A stretch of DNA of 64,000 bases from an uncultured Chloroflexia bacterium. Its GTDB lineage: Bacteria; Chloroflexota; Limnocylindria; Limnocylindrales; CSP1-4. The notes beneath the pieces are model-generated. The model worked only from the letters and a program-made list of their open reading frames with translations, was not told the DNA's origin and did no database searches. Positions within the stretch are counted from its first letter, which is position 1, and each line of letters starts with the position of its first letter. Both the position numbers and the translations under genes were made by a program. This document shows, piece by piece, positions 10,606 through 19,257 of the stretch. The stretch is from contig OY970218.1 of the NCBI GenBank assembly GCA_963713975.1, positions 2,560,001 to 2,624,000 on the forward strand, given 5' to 3'.

Positions 10606-10992
10606 ATGGGCATGGATGACGGTCGCGGCCTGGAAATCTATCGCGAGGTGATCGGGGACCTGGGCCCCATCGAGCAACTGCGCGAAGTGTTGCCGGATAT
10701 CGACCGATACGTCGTCGATTTCTTCTACGGTGAGATCTACGCGCGTCCCGCTCTCGACCTCAAAGCGCGCGAGGCCGTCAGCGTCGCGTCACTCGCGGCG
10801 CTCGGTACCGCCGGGCCGCAACTGCGAGCGCACATCAATGGGGCCCTCAATGTTGGCTGGCGGCGGGAGGAGATCGTTGAGATCCTCCTCCAGGTGGCGC
10901 TGCATGCGGGCTTCCCAGCGACGCTCAACGGCCTCGCGGCCGCACGCGAGGTCTTTGCCGCACGGGACGCAGCCAGCGCCGCGCCTCGCTAG
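10606..10992 (+). CDS. Carboxymuconolactone decarboxylase (CMD/AhpD-like) family protein
   Basis: YGEIYARPALDLKARE, QLRAHINGALNVG, EIVEILLQVALHAGFPA; GGAGG RBS. Confidence 0.88.
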   Translation: MGMDDGRGLEIYREVIGDLGPIEQLREVLPDIDRYVVDFFYGEIYARPALDLKAREAVSVASLAALGTAGPQLRAHINGALNVGWRREEIVEILLQVALHAGFPATLNGLAAAREVFAARDAASAAPR

Positions 10993-10993
10993 A

Positions 10994-11210
10994 TGTGCAA
11001 CTGACGATGGCGGGTCATACCGCGGCTCCGGTCTTCTGGCACAGTCTCTCATAGGGCGTCTGACCGCCGAGGCCGCCGTGGGGACGGTCGTAGTTGCAGC
11101 AGTCCTCCCACTCCCGCAGGCGCTCGGCGAAGAGACCGGACTCGTCGATCGCGACGCCATCGGGGAGGTCGTAGAACTCGTCGGCGTCGATCCGGTGGGA
11201 CCGCTCGACC
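10994..11210 (-). mobile_element. IS481-family insertion sequence remnant (transposase C-terminus and one end)
   Basis: Minus frame VERSHRIDADEFY...LREWEDCCNYDRPHGGLGGQTPYERL-stop matches an IS481 integrase-core end; terminal TGTGCAACTGACG at 10994; upstream part of the transposase absent. Confidence 0.8.
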
Positions 11211-11496
11211 CATATTTCGTGCTGGACAGGGTCGACGAGGCGGACGGCGCCGTGGCCGGCGAACCGAACGCGATGGCTGTGCGTCGACATGCCGCCGACG
11301 GACAAGTCGGATGGTGTTGGGCAAGGAGTGCCAGCGATCGCCGGCCAAGCGGTGGCCCGTTGCACCAGGAGCAGGTTGGACCCAGGATCGGTCAGATGAG
11401 GGGCGATGGCTCGATCACTCGATCTGCGAGTGCGCTCAGGCAATGGGGTGCCACCCCCTCGTTGGTCAGGCGCCAATTGCATCGCCCAGCCGCCTT

Positions 11497-11619
11497 GGAG
11501 ATGCCGTCCGCCACCCTCAGAACCACGTCATCTGGCGGTCCGCCCTCAGGCAGACCCCAACATGTCGGGGAGTTGGCTGGCGCGCCAGGATTTCGAACCT
11601 GGAACCCCCTGATCCAGAG
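11497..11619 (-). repeat. att-like direct repeat: 3' half of tRNA-Gln plus 77 nt downstream flank (copy of 17010-17131)
   Basis: Identical to 17010-17131 apart from one extra T in the T-loop (GGATTTCGAACC vs GGATTCGAACC); identity stops at the anticodon loop. Confidence 0.93.
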
Positions 11620-12238
11620 GTAGACGCGGGAATCAGGGCTCGCAAGCCATCGTTTGAGCGTGAAGGACAGCGATCTCTGTCCGATTCCGGGATGAGTCAT
11701 CCGCACATCCCGGCGCCAGCTAGGCGTATACCGTAAATGGCTTGTGAGTCAGGCGCCATCGGCGCCCTCGCCCGAGAGGACTGCTGCGGACAGGGTTCGA
11801 ACATTGCCGCCAGCACTGGCCGGAAGCCGCCGGTCACGAAGCCGTGCCGTCCGACGAACGGCCGCCCTGCATCGAGAAGGGCGAGCGGCGCCGAGGGACC
11901 GGCTACGGCAGTACGGCGTGCTGGGAGACCCGCTTGGGGACTGGCCGAACGAGGGTGCCGGCTCGGTCTCGGGTAGAAGTCGCATCGAGATGCGGAAGCT
12001 CTCCTCCAGCCATCCGAAGGTACGGCCGAGTCAAGCTCTCGGGTCGCCCGTAGGCATGCGGCCCGCATGCCGGCCCAGTCGAATCGGTTGTGCTCGACCA
12101 GGCGGTCCCAAGCGAGCCTGTTGGCCTCGCTGTGAGCGGCAGCCCTCGCTCCACCTGAGCCGAGATCTACGACCGCCGGGCGCCCGACCGAGCATCGATC
12201 TTGATATGGTTGGCTCGCCGCGATGGACGTCCCGGCGA

Positions 12239-12346
12239 CCGTGAGCGACCTGGGTCCCAATCAGATTCCGCTCCACCAGGACCAGCGCCGTCCGGCGGCC
12301 AGGTGGGTGCAGTTCGGCGCTCGAGACTGACGCAGGTCGCTCACGG
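12239..12346. mobile_element. MITE-like 108-bp element
   Basis: 17/18-bp terminal inverted repeats CCGTGAGCGACCTG(G/C)GTC (12239-12256, 12329-12346) flanked by a direct GCGA 4-mer (12235-12238, 12347-12350). Confidence 0.6.
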
Positions 12347-12518
12347 GCGAAGGTGTGCATCACCTCGACGTGGCCATTCCCGGCCAAACACACGATCGGC
12401 ACCGCCATCAACGTGCTTCCGGTGCCCCAGGACTCTGAGCGTCCCCCACATTGACGAGATGCCACTTCGGGCCCACTCCCCGGTCGGTATCTCGATGCAA
12501 TTCAAGGAGGTAGCTCAA

Positions 12519-13361
12519 ATGCCGTCCGATCGTCAATCCGTTCTTGATCGTCTTCATCGCCGGATCGACGCGGGCGAGGCCGTGATCTTCGGAGCAGCGG
12601 GCGTCGGGCTCGTAGCGTCGGCAGCGCGGTCCGAAGACATCGATGTCCTGATGACATACAACATCGCGAAGTTCCGCATGGATGGACATCCATCGATCAT
12701 CGGCTATCTCCCCTATGGCGACGCCAACGCCATCACGGTCGAGATGGCGAGTCGGGTCATCCCGGTTGCCGGGGACGTTCCGGTCGTCGCCGGGGTCGGG
12801 GCTGCCGATCCATATCGCACGCTCGACCAGCTCTTGGACGGCGTGCTCGCGGTCGGCTACTCGGGCGTCACGAACACTCCGACGGCCGGGGTGTACGAGG
12901 GGGAGATGCGCCGGCTCATGGAATCGTTCGGGATTGGCTATGCACGCGAGGTCGAGATGGCGCGCCGTTGCCGCGAGCGGGACATCTTCACGGTGCTGTA
13001 CGCCTTCAGCCCTGAGGACGCGTCGGCCCTGGCGGCCGCGGGGACCGACGTCATCGCCGCGCACCTCGGCAACACGAAGGCGTCCGAGAACCCAGCCGAA
13101 GACATCGCTGATGCGATCAAACGGACCCAGGAGATGATCGACGCGGCTCGCTCGGTCGACCCCAACGCGATGGTCGTGGCCCACGGCGGCCCGCTGGAGA
13201 ACGCCGAGAACGTCGCGAAGGTGCTGGCCGCCACCTCGGCAGTCGGCTACATCGCGGGCTCGTCGATGGAGCGGCTCCCGGTCGTTGCGTCTGTCAGGCA
13301 GGCGGCGAAGCAGATGCGCCAGCTCAAGCTCGGTCCGGGCGCCACCTCGATGAAGGACTAG
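12519..13361 (+). CDS. TIM-barrel protein, PEP-hydrolase-like/TBST family (Tm-1 C-terminal domain homologue), copy 1
   Basis: GAAGVGLVA, YNIAKFRMDG, GYLPYGDAN, PVVAGV, AHLG, HGGP, GYIAGSSMERLP; AAGGAGG RBS. Confidence 0.85.
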   Translation: MPSDRQSVLDRLHRRIDAGEAVIFGAAGVGLVASAARSEDIDVLMTYNIAKFRMDGHPSIIGYLPYGDANAITVEMASRVIPVAGDVPVVAGVGAADPYRTLDQLLDGVLAVGYSGVTNTPTAGVYEGEMRRLMESFGIGYAREVEMARRCRERDIFTVLYAFSPEDASALAAAGTDVIAAHLGNTKASENPAEDIADAIKRTQEMIDAARSVDPNAMVVAHGGPLENAENVAKVLAATSAVGYIAGSSMERLPVVASVRQAAKQMRQLKLGPGATSMKD

Positions 13362-13369
13362 GAGACACG

Positions 13370-14644
13370 ATGCCAGCCGCCAGTCGGCCGACGGTCCTGC
13401 TCCCCGGTGCGTTCGACACCAAGGGACGCGAGAACCTGTTCGTCCGCGATCTCCTCCTCGGGCTGGGTGTCGAGCCCGTCCTGATCGACTTCGGGATCCT
13501 GCGCGACCCGGAGTTCGAGCCCGACATCACGGCATCAGCCGTGGCGAAGGCTGCTGGGACCGACTTGGCGCAGCTTCGCGCCAGGCGCGATGTCCCGGGG
13601 GCTCGCTTCGAGGCGATCACCGCCATGCGCTCGGGGTTGATCCAGATCGTCACCGAGCTTCACCGGGGGGGTCGGGTTGACGGGATCCTCGGGCTTGGAG
13701 GTGGCGAGGGGTCGACCGTCATCAGCGGGGCCATGCGAGAGCTCCCGTACGGACTGCCGAAGCTCCTCGTGACGACGATGACGCCGTCGAACATCGGCGA
13801 CTACTTCGGCTTGCGGGACCTGAGCGTGATGTGGACGGTGACCGACATCGCGGGCCTGAACCCCATCCTCGAGAAGATCCTCATCAACGCGGCGCACGCG
13901 ATGGCCGGGATGGTGCTGGCGCCGCCGCCGCCGGAACGTGATCGAAAGCCATTGATCGCGATCTCGATGTTCGGCATCACCACAACGGGTGCGATGCGCA
14001 TCCAGCAACGGCTCGAGGAGGCGGGCCTGGCCACGATCGTGTTCCATGCCATCGGAAGTGGCGGTGCCGCGATGGAACAGATGATCAGCGAGGGCCTGAT
14101 CGACGGCGTGGTTGATTTCACGCCGAGTGAGATCAATGACGACCTCTACGGTGGCATCTTCTCTGCCGGTCCGACTCGCATGCTCGCGGCGGCGGACCGC
14201 GGCATCCCGCAGGTTGTGGTCCCGGGTTCGCTCACGCTCCTGACGTTCGGCGGCCAGGCCGACACCCCGCCGCAGTTCATTGCGCCCGGACGAACGTGGG
14301 TCGCCCACTCACCAAATGTCACCTGCGTCCGGGCCAATGAAGAGGAGACCGCGGCGATCACGCAGGTGCTGGTCGATCGAGTCGCGGCGTCGAAAGGCGC
14401 CGTCGAGGTCGTCCTTCCCCTCGGGGGCATCTCTGACTACGAGATGCCCGGGGGCCCCCTCGACCACCCGGGATCCGATCAGGTCCTCTATTCAACCCTG
14501 CGACAGGGTTTGCCCGCTCGCGTGCGCCTGATCGAGGACCCGCGCGACATCAACGCTCCCGAGTTCGCCGACCTGGTGGCCGAGCGATTCGTCACGTTGT
14601 TCGAGAAGCGCGAACGCCAGTCCACCCAGAACCAGATCGCCTGA
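13370..14644 (+). CDS. Tm-1-like ATP-binding domain protein (UPF0261)
   Basis: GAFDTKGRE, GLGGGEG, LPYGLPKLLVTT, DIAGLN, SMFGITT, VFHAIGSGGAAME, GIPQVVVPG. Confidence 0.9.
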   Translation: MPAASRPTVLLPGAFDTKGRENLFVRDLLLGLGVEPVLIDFGILRDPEFEPDITASAVAKAAGTDLAQLRARRDVPGARFEAITAMRSGLIQIVTELHRGGRVDGILGLGGGEGSTVISGAMRELPYGLPKLLVTTMTPSNIGDYFGLRDLSVMWTVTDIAGLNPILEKILINAAHAMAGMVLAPPPPERDRKPLIAISMFGITTTGAMRIQQRLEEAGLATIVFHAIGSGGAAMEQMISEGLIDGVVDFTPSEINDDLYGGIFSAGPTRMLAAADRGIPQVVVPGSLTLLTFGGQADTPPQFIAPGRTWVAHSPNVTCVRANEEETAAITQVLVDRVAASKGAVEVVLPLGGISDYEMPGGPLDHPGSDQVLYSTLRQGLPARVRLIEDPRDINAPEFADLVAERFVTLFEKRERQSTQNQIA

Positions 14645-14660
14645 CAACCAGGAGTCATTC

Positions 14661-15497
14661 ATGAAGAGCAAGAGTGAGATTGTGGCTGACCTCCGCTCGA
14701 AAGCGGCGAGGTCGGAGTTCATCATCGGTGCGGGTGCGGGCATCGGGCTGTCGGCCAAGTGCGCTGTTGACGGGGGCGCCGACCTGGTGCTCGTGTTCAA
14801 CTCGGGCCGCTACCGGATGGCCGGGCGTGGATCGACCGCCGGATACCTGCCCTTCGGCGACGCCAACGCGATCGTGGCGGACATGGCTGGCGAGATCATC
14901 CCTATGTCCGGCGACGTCCCGGTCATCGCAGGCGTGTGCGGCACGGATCCCTTCAAGATCATGACCCACTACCTCGAGGACCTTGGTCACCGCGGCTACC
15001 AGGGTGTCCTGAACTTCCCGACCGTGGGCCTGATCGACGGCCTCTTCCGGCAGAGCCTCGAGGAGACGGGTCTCGGTTGGGACAACGAGGTCCGGATGAT
15101 CAAGACGGCTGCCGAGCTCGGGTTGCTGACCACCCCGTACGTCTTTACCCCAGAGGAGGGCGTCCAGATGGCGTCCGCCGGCGCCGACGTCGTCGTCGCC
15201 CACATGGGTGTAACGGTGAAGGGAACGATCGGCGCCAAGCAGTCGATGTCGCTCGGCGATGCCGCCAGCCGGTGCCAGGCGATCGCGGACGCCGTGCATG
15301 GCTCGCACCCCGATGTCCTCGTGATGTGCCACGGAGGGCCGATCGCCGAGCCTGGCGACGCGCAATACATCGCCGACCACACCACGGGCATCGTTGGTTT
15401 CTACGGCGCCAGCAGCACGGAGCGCATCCCGAGCGAGCGGGCGATGCTCGCCAAGATGCAGGAGTTCAAGGGCGTGACCGCAAGCCAGGCATCGTAG
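14661..15497 (+). CDS. TIM-barrel protein, PEP-hydrolase-like/TBST family, copy 2
   Basis: IIGAGAGIGLSAKC, NSGRYRMAGRGS, PVIAGVCGTDPF, NFPTVGLIDG, CHGGPI, GFYGASSTERIP. Confidence 0.92.
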   Translation: MKSKSEIVADLRSKAARSEFIIGAGAGIGLSAKCAVDGGADLVLVFNSGRYRMAGRGSTAGYLPFGDANAIVADMAGEIIPMSGDVPVIAGVCGTDPFKIMTHYLEDLGHRGYQGVLNFPTVGLIDGLFRQSLEETGLGWDNEVRMIKTAAELGLLTTPYVFTPEEGVQMASAGADVVVAHMGVTVKGTIGAKQSMSLGDAASRCQAIADAVHGSHPDVLVMCHGGPIAEPGDAQYIADHTTGIVGFYGASSTERIPSERAMLAKMQEFKGVTASQAS

Positions 15498-15530
15498 GGG
15501 ACGATCCGTCCTCCACGCCCGGCGGGCTGG

Positions 15531-16844
15531 TCACCAGTACCGCATCGCCCCGCGGAACAGGGCCGTGAGCAGCTTCCCGTTAACTTCGACCGGGGCCAGC
15601 TTGGTCACCCGGTGCTGGGGTAGCGTCGCTTCGACGAGGGCGGGGATGTCCGGCTCCGCATAGCCGACGTCCGCGAGGCCGTTCGGGATGCGCGCCTGGC
15701 GCATGAGCTCGATCACGCGCGCCGCGACGAGCTCACCTGACTCCCGGGCCGGGACGCCGGCGACCGAGGCGCCGAGCAGCTCGGCCGCCCGAAGGTGGCG
15801 CTCCGGGGACGCGGCTGCCGTGTGCCGGAAGACCGACGGGGCGTTGAGGATCACGGACATCCCGTGCGGGACTAGAGGGCGGGTGCGCGGGTAGTCGGGG
15901 GCGATGTACTCCTTCACCCCGCCCGAGACGGCATACGACATGCCGTGAGGCAGGTGGACACCGGCGTTCCCGAATCCGATGCCCGCCCAGGTCGCCGCCA
16001 GCGCCAGCTCGGTCCGAGCCGCAACATCCGACGGGCTGGCGATCACTCGCCCGAGAGCCCCCGGAAGCATGGACAGCGTGCGTTCCGCCCAGATATCGCT
16101 GAACGGGTTCGACCCCTGGTAGGCGGGCCGGGCGCTCGGCGTGTCCGGCCGGGGGCGGGTCGAGTATCGCCGGGCGGTATACGCCTCGAGGGCATGGCAC
16201 AGGATGTCGAAGGCAGACGATGCCGTGACCATGGGCGGCAGGGAAAGCGTGTTCAGCGGATCGATGATCGCAAGCGACGGGCGCAGCAGACGGTGGGAGA
16301 TCCCGGTCTTGGCGTGCATCGACTCGAGGTCGAAGATCGCGACACCCGTCGTTTCGCTGCCAGTCCCGGCGGTCGTCGGGATGGCGATCAGCGGGCGGAG
16401 CGGTCCGGGCGGCGGGACGCCATTGCCAATCGGCGGATTCACATAGGCGAGGAAGTCGTTCGGGTAGGTGGAGTACAGGTTGGCGGCTTTCGCGGTGTCC
16501 ATGACCGAGCCGCCGCCGATGGCGACGAACCCGTCGTACGTGGCAGCGCTTGCAGCCTCTGCCGCAAGCGCAAACGAGCGGTCCGTTGGCTCGATGGCGA
16601 CATCGACGAACAGATCCGTCTCGATCCCCGCAGATCGAAGCGACTCGAGGGCGTGGACCGCAGCCCCGGACTCAACGACTCGCGGGTCCGAGAACAGGAG
16701 GACCCGCTTGAGGCCAAGGTCATGGGCGTGGTCCCCGAGCTCATTCGTCGCGCCCGGACCAACCACGAGATTGGCGACACCGACGGAGAAGGCGACGTCA
16801 AAGGCTGTGGCTTCCTGACGTAGCTGCGGTTGCTCGGCACCCAT
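15531..16844 (-). CDS. Hydroxyacid-oxoacid transhydrogenase (Fe-ADH family, ADHFE1/HOT-like)
   Basis: EPTDRSF, GGGSVMDTAKAANLY, PTTAGTGSETTGVAIFD, RPAYQGSNP, GFGNAGVHLPHGMSY, VPHGMSV. Confidence 0.9.
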   Translation of the reverse strand: MGAEQPQLRQEATAFDVAFSVGVANLVVGPGATNELGDHAHDLGLKRVLLFSDPRVVESGAAVHALESLRSAGIETDLFVDVAIEPTDRSFALAAEAASAATYDGFVAIGGGSVMDTAKAANLYSTYPNDFLAYVNPPIGNGVPPPGPLRPLIAIPTTAGTGSETTGVAIFDLESMHAKTGISHRLLRPSLAIIDPLNTLSLPPMVTASSAFDILCHALEAYTARRYSTRPRPDTPSARPAYQGSNPFSDIWAERTLSMLPGALGRVIASPSDVAARTELALAATWAGIGFGNAGVHLPHGMSYAVSGGVKEYIAPDYPRTRPLVPHGMSVILNAPSVFRHTAAASPERHLRAAELLGASVAGVPARESGELVAARVIELMRQARIPNGLADVGYAEPDIPALVEATLPQHRVTKLAPVEVNGKLLTALFRGAMRYW

Positions 16845-17086
16845 GGAAACTCCCGATGGTCGCCCGGACAGCTGGCTGTGCAGCGTCCCGCGCCCGATCA
16901 GATCCGGGCGGAGTGGCGATACCGGGCGAAGGAATTGTACAGGCCCGATCGCTCGCCGCAAGGATCACTGCGCACCGAGTGCCGGCACCGCGGCGAGTTG
17001 CGCTTCGCCGGAGATGCCGTCCGCCACCCTCAGAACCACGTCATCTGGCGGTCCGCCCTCAGGCAGACCCCAACATGTCGGGGAGT

Positions 17087-17161
17087 TGGCTGGCGCGCCA
17101 GGATTCGAACCTGGAACCCCCTGATCCAGAGTCAGGTGCCATACCGTTAGGCCACGCGCCA
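17087..17161 (-). tRNA. tRNA-Gln, anticodon CTG
   Basis: Minus strand TGGCGCG...CCTGA-CTCTGGA-TCAGG...CCAGG-TTCGAAT-CCTGG-CGCGCCA-G-CCA; full cloverleaf with encoded CCA; TACCAT -10 upstream. Confidence 0.97.
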
Positions 17162-17387
17162 GCGACCGCCCGGAATGGTACCGCAAGTCCACGAGAGGGG
17201 GCTACCCGCAGGCTCCGCCGCGGGACCGGTGTCGCGCTGGAGTGGGCGCGGCCCGGTCCATCCAGCCCGTGGCGATGCGCCCGATGGCCCTGTGGGCCGG
17301 CACGTGACTCCCCGCAAGGTCGCGGGCAGCCCTGCCGTCGCCGCGGCCGCCCAAGTCCGTGGCCAGGCAGATGATCAAGGAGCCCTG

Positions 17388-18524
17388 TTGCCCGCTGCCA
17401 TCGGCCCGCGGATCGTGGCGCCGCAGCCCGCCCATAGATTCGGACCGGGACGGCCGATCGCCCTCCTCGTCGCCATGCTGCTTGTCGGGATGCTTGCGCT
17501 GCCCGGGCTCGCGCAGGGGGGCGCCGGTCCGAAGGTCGTCGTGATCGTGGGGCCTGTCGCCGCGCACAACGCCAGCTACAAGGCGGAGGCGAACGAGGTC
17601 GTCGCCGAGGCGCGCAAGCACACCTCCAACGTCGTCGTCCTGTACACGCCGAGGGCGACCTGGTCGAGGGTGAAGCAGGCTGCCGCGGGGGCCTCCGTGC
17701 TTGTCTACTTCGGGCACGGGTGGGGTTATCCGTCGCGATACGGTCCGTTCAACCCGCTCAAGATGAACGGCATGGCGCTCGACCCCGCGTCGGGTGCCGA
17801 TGGTCGTCGTCGCGTGTACTACGGCGAGAGCCTGGTCAGGACCTCGATCCGCCTCGCGCCCGACGCCGCGGTCCTGCTCTTCCACCTGTGCTACGCGTCG
17901 GGCAACACCGAGCCCGGCCTGTCTGAGGGCACCACCGCGCAGTCCAGGCGCCGTGTCGACAATTTCGGGGCAGGATGGCTCCGCGCCGGCGCGGGGATCG
18001 TCCTCGCCGACGGCCACCCCAAGGCGCCGGGCAGCTACATCCGCCAGCTGTTCACGAAGGATCGCACCGCCTGGGAGATGTTCAAGGCGGCTCCGGACTA
18101 TCACGGGCACGCCGCCGGGACCTACGCATCGGCGCGAACGCCCGACGCCCGATACGCGATGGATCCGGACCGCGGCGGCTCGAACCCGAGGGGGTTCTAC
18201 CGCTCGATCATCGGAAACCTGTCCCTGCGGACGACGACCATCACCGGGCGGGTCGGGCCCGAGTCGCCCAGCCCCAGCGACCCTGGGTCGCCCGGCCCCG
18301 ATGACTCGGCTTCGCCGTCCCTGGAGCCCACCCCGGAGCCGACGCCTGAACCGACCCCTGCGCCGACCGCCGAGCCCACTGCAGAGCCGACGGCTGAGCC
18401 ACCCGAGGCGCCCACCGCCGAGCCCACCCCTGCGCCGACCGCCGAGCCCACCGCCGAGCCCACCGCCGAGCCCACCCCTGAGCCGTCCCCGGCGCCGACC
18501 GCGGAGCCCACCGGCGAGCCGTAG
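17388..18524 (+). CDS. Secreted protein with candidate caspase/gingipain-like His-Cys dyad and C-terminal Pro/Thr/Glu repeats
   Basis: AAGGAG then TTG start; signal peptide ending ALPGLAQG; VLVYFGHG and VLLFHLCYASG; (PTAE)n tail. Confidence 0.65.
   Translation: MPAAIGPRIVAPQPAHRFGPGRPIALLVAMLLVGMLALPGLAQGGAGPKVVVIVGPVAAHNASYKAEANEVVAEARKHTSNVVVLYTPRATWSRVKQAAAGASVLVYFGHGWGYPSRYGPFNPLKMNGMALDPASGADGRRRVYYGESLVRTSIRLAPDAAVLLFHLCYASGNTEPGLSEGTTAQSRRRVDNFGAGWLRAGAGIVLADGHPKAPGSYIRQLFTKDRTAWEMFKAAPDYHGHAAGTYASARTPDARYAMDPDRGGSNPRGFYRSIIGNLSLRTTTITGRVGPESPSPSDPGSPGPDDSASPSLEPTPEPTPEPTPAPTAEPTAEPTAEPPEAPTAEPTPAPTAEPTAEPTAEPTPEPSPAPTAEPTGEP
18322..18521 (+). repeat. Imperfect 12-nt coding repeats (PTAE/PTPE/PTPA)
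   Basis: Recurrent GAGCCCACCGCC / CCGACCGCCGAG units. Confidence 0.85.
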
Positions 18525-18535
18525 CCGATGGGCCG

Positions 18536-18964
18536 TCAGCGCGGCTGCGTGACCCGGAAGCCTTCGCGCTCGGCGGCCCGCGCGAGCCGTTCATCCAGCG
18601 TCACCAATGGCAACGTGCCCGGGTCGCCGTCCGCAGCGGCAATGGCAGCTGCGAGTTGTAGGGCATCGGCCGCCCGGAGCGGGTGAGTCCGGACGAGGCG
18701 TTCCGCGGTCCGGCGCACGCGGGTGGTGGGTTGGAGCTCCTCCCACGCCGAGCTGAGAGCCGCCAGCCGTTCCAGAGCGGTGCCGATGAGACGGGCGTCG
18801 CTGTTGCCCTGGCGCTCGCGGCGTGCCACGGCCGAGACGCACTCAACGACCGTGCTCCACCAGACCACCATCACGGGATCAAGCTCGTACTCCGCCGTGG
18901 TCGCCCGGGTACCGTCCTCGTCCACGAGCAAGGGGACGATGGCGGAGGTATCCCAGAACCTCAC
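18536..18964 (-). CDS. vapC: VapC PIN-domain toxin
   Basis: FWDTSAIVPL, VECVSA, LRAADALQLAAA, VTLDERLARAAEREGF; overlaps antitoxin stop. Confidence 0.92.
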   Translation of the reverse strand: MRFWDTSAIVPLLVDEDGTRATTAEYELDPVMVVWWSTVVECVSAVARRERQGNSDARLIGTALERLAALSSAWEELQPTTRVRRTAERLVRTHPLRAADALQLAAAIAAADGDPGTLPLVTLDERLARAAEREGFRVTQPR

Positions 18965-19257
18965 CAGCCCGACCTGCGCTCCTCGAGGACCGCGTCCACG
19001 AGGCTGGGGCCGTCACCGCGCAGCCGCGGCCCAGGTGTCCGGATCATCTCGACCGGGGGTTTCCCAGTCCCTCGGCGGATGATCCCGGCCCGCTCCAGGC
19101 GGAGCAGCCGATCCTCGACGTCGACGCGGTCCGCAACAGGCTCGATCACGGCGACGGGGACGCCACGATCGGTGACAACGACCGATTCGCCCGCCTTGAC
19201 ACGATCGAGGATCGCGGACAGGCCGTTCTTGACCTCGGTGATGGTGGCTGTGATCAT
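18961..19257 (-). CDS. Phd/YefM family antitoxin
   Basis: MITATITEVKNGLSAILDRVKAGESVVVTDRGVPVAVIEP. Confidence 0.9.
   Translation of the reverse strand: MITATITEVKNGLSAILDRVKAGESVVVTDRGVPVAVIEPVADRVDVEDRLLRLERAGIIRRGTGKPPVEMIRTPGPRLRGDGPSLVDAVLEERRSGW

Larger units (their letters stand above)
11620..17009. mobile_element. tRNA-Gln-anchored genomic islet (~5.4 kb), no integrase visible
   Basis: Bounded by the 122/123-bp direct repeats containing the tRNA 3' end; cargo is four metabolic genes. Confidence 0.7.

Noticed and set aside
11574-11619. Second functional tRNA-Gln
   Set aside because: Only the 3' half is present and the T-loop has an extra base; it is an att remnant.
11620-12500. Integrase gene for the tRNA islet
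   Set aside because: None of the short ORFs shows tyrosine (R..HxxR..Y) or serine recombinase motifs.
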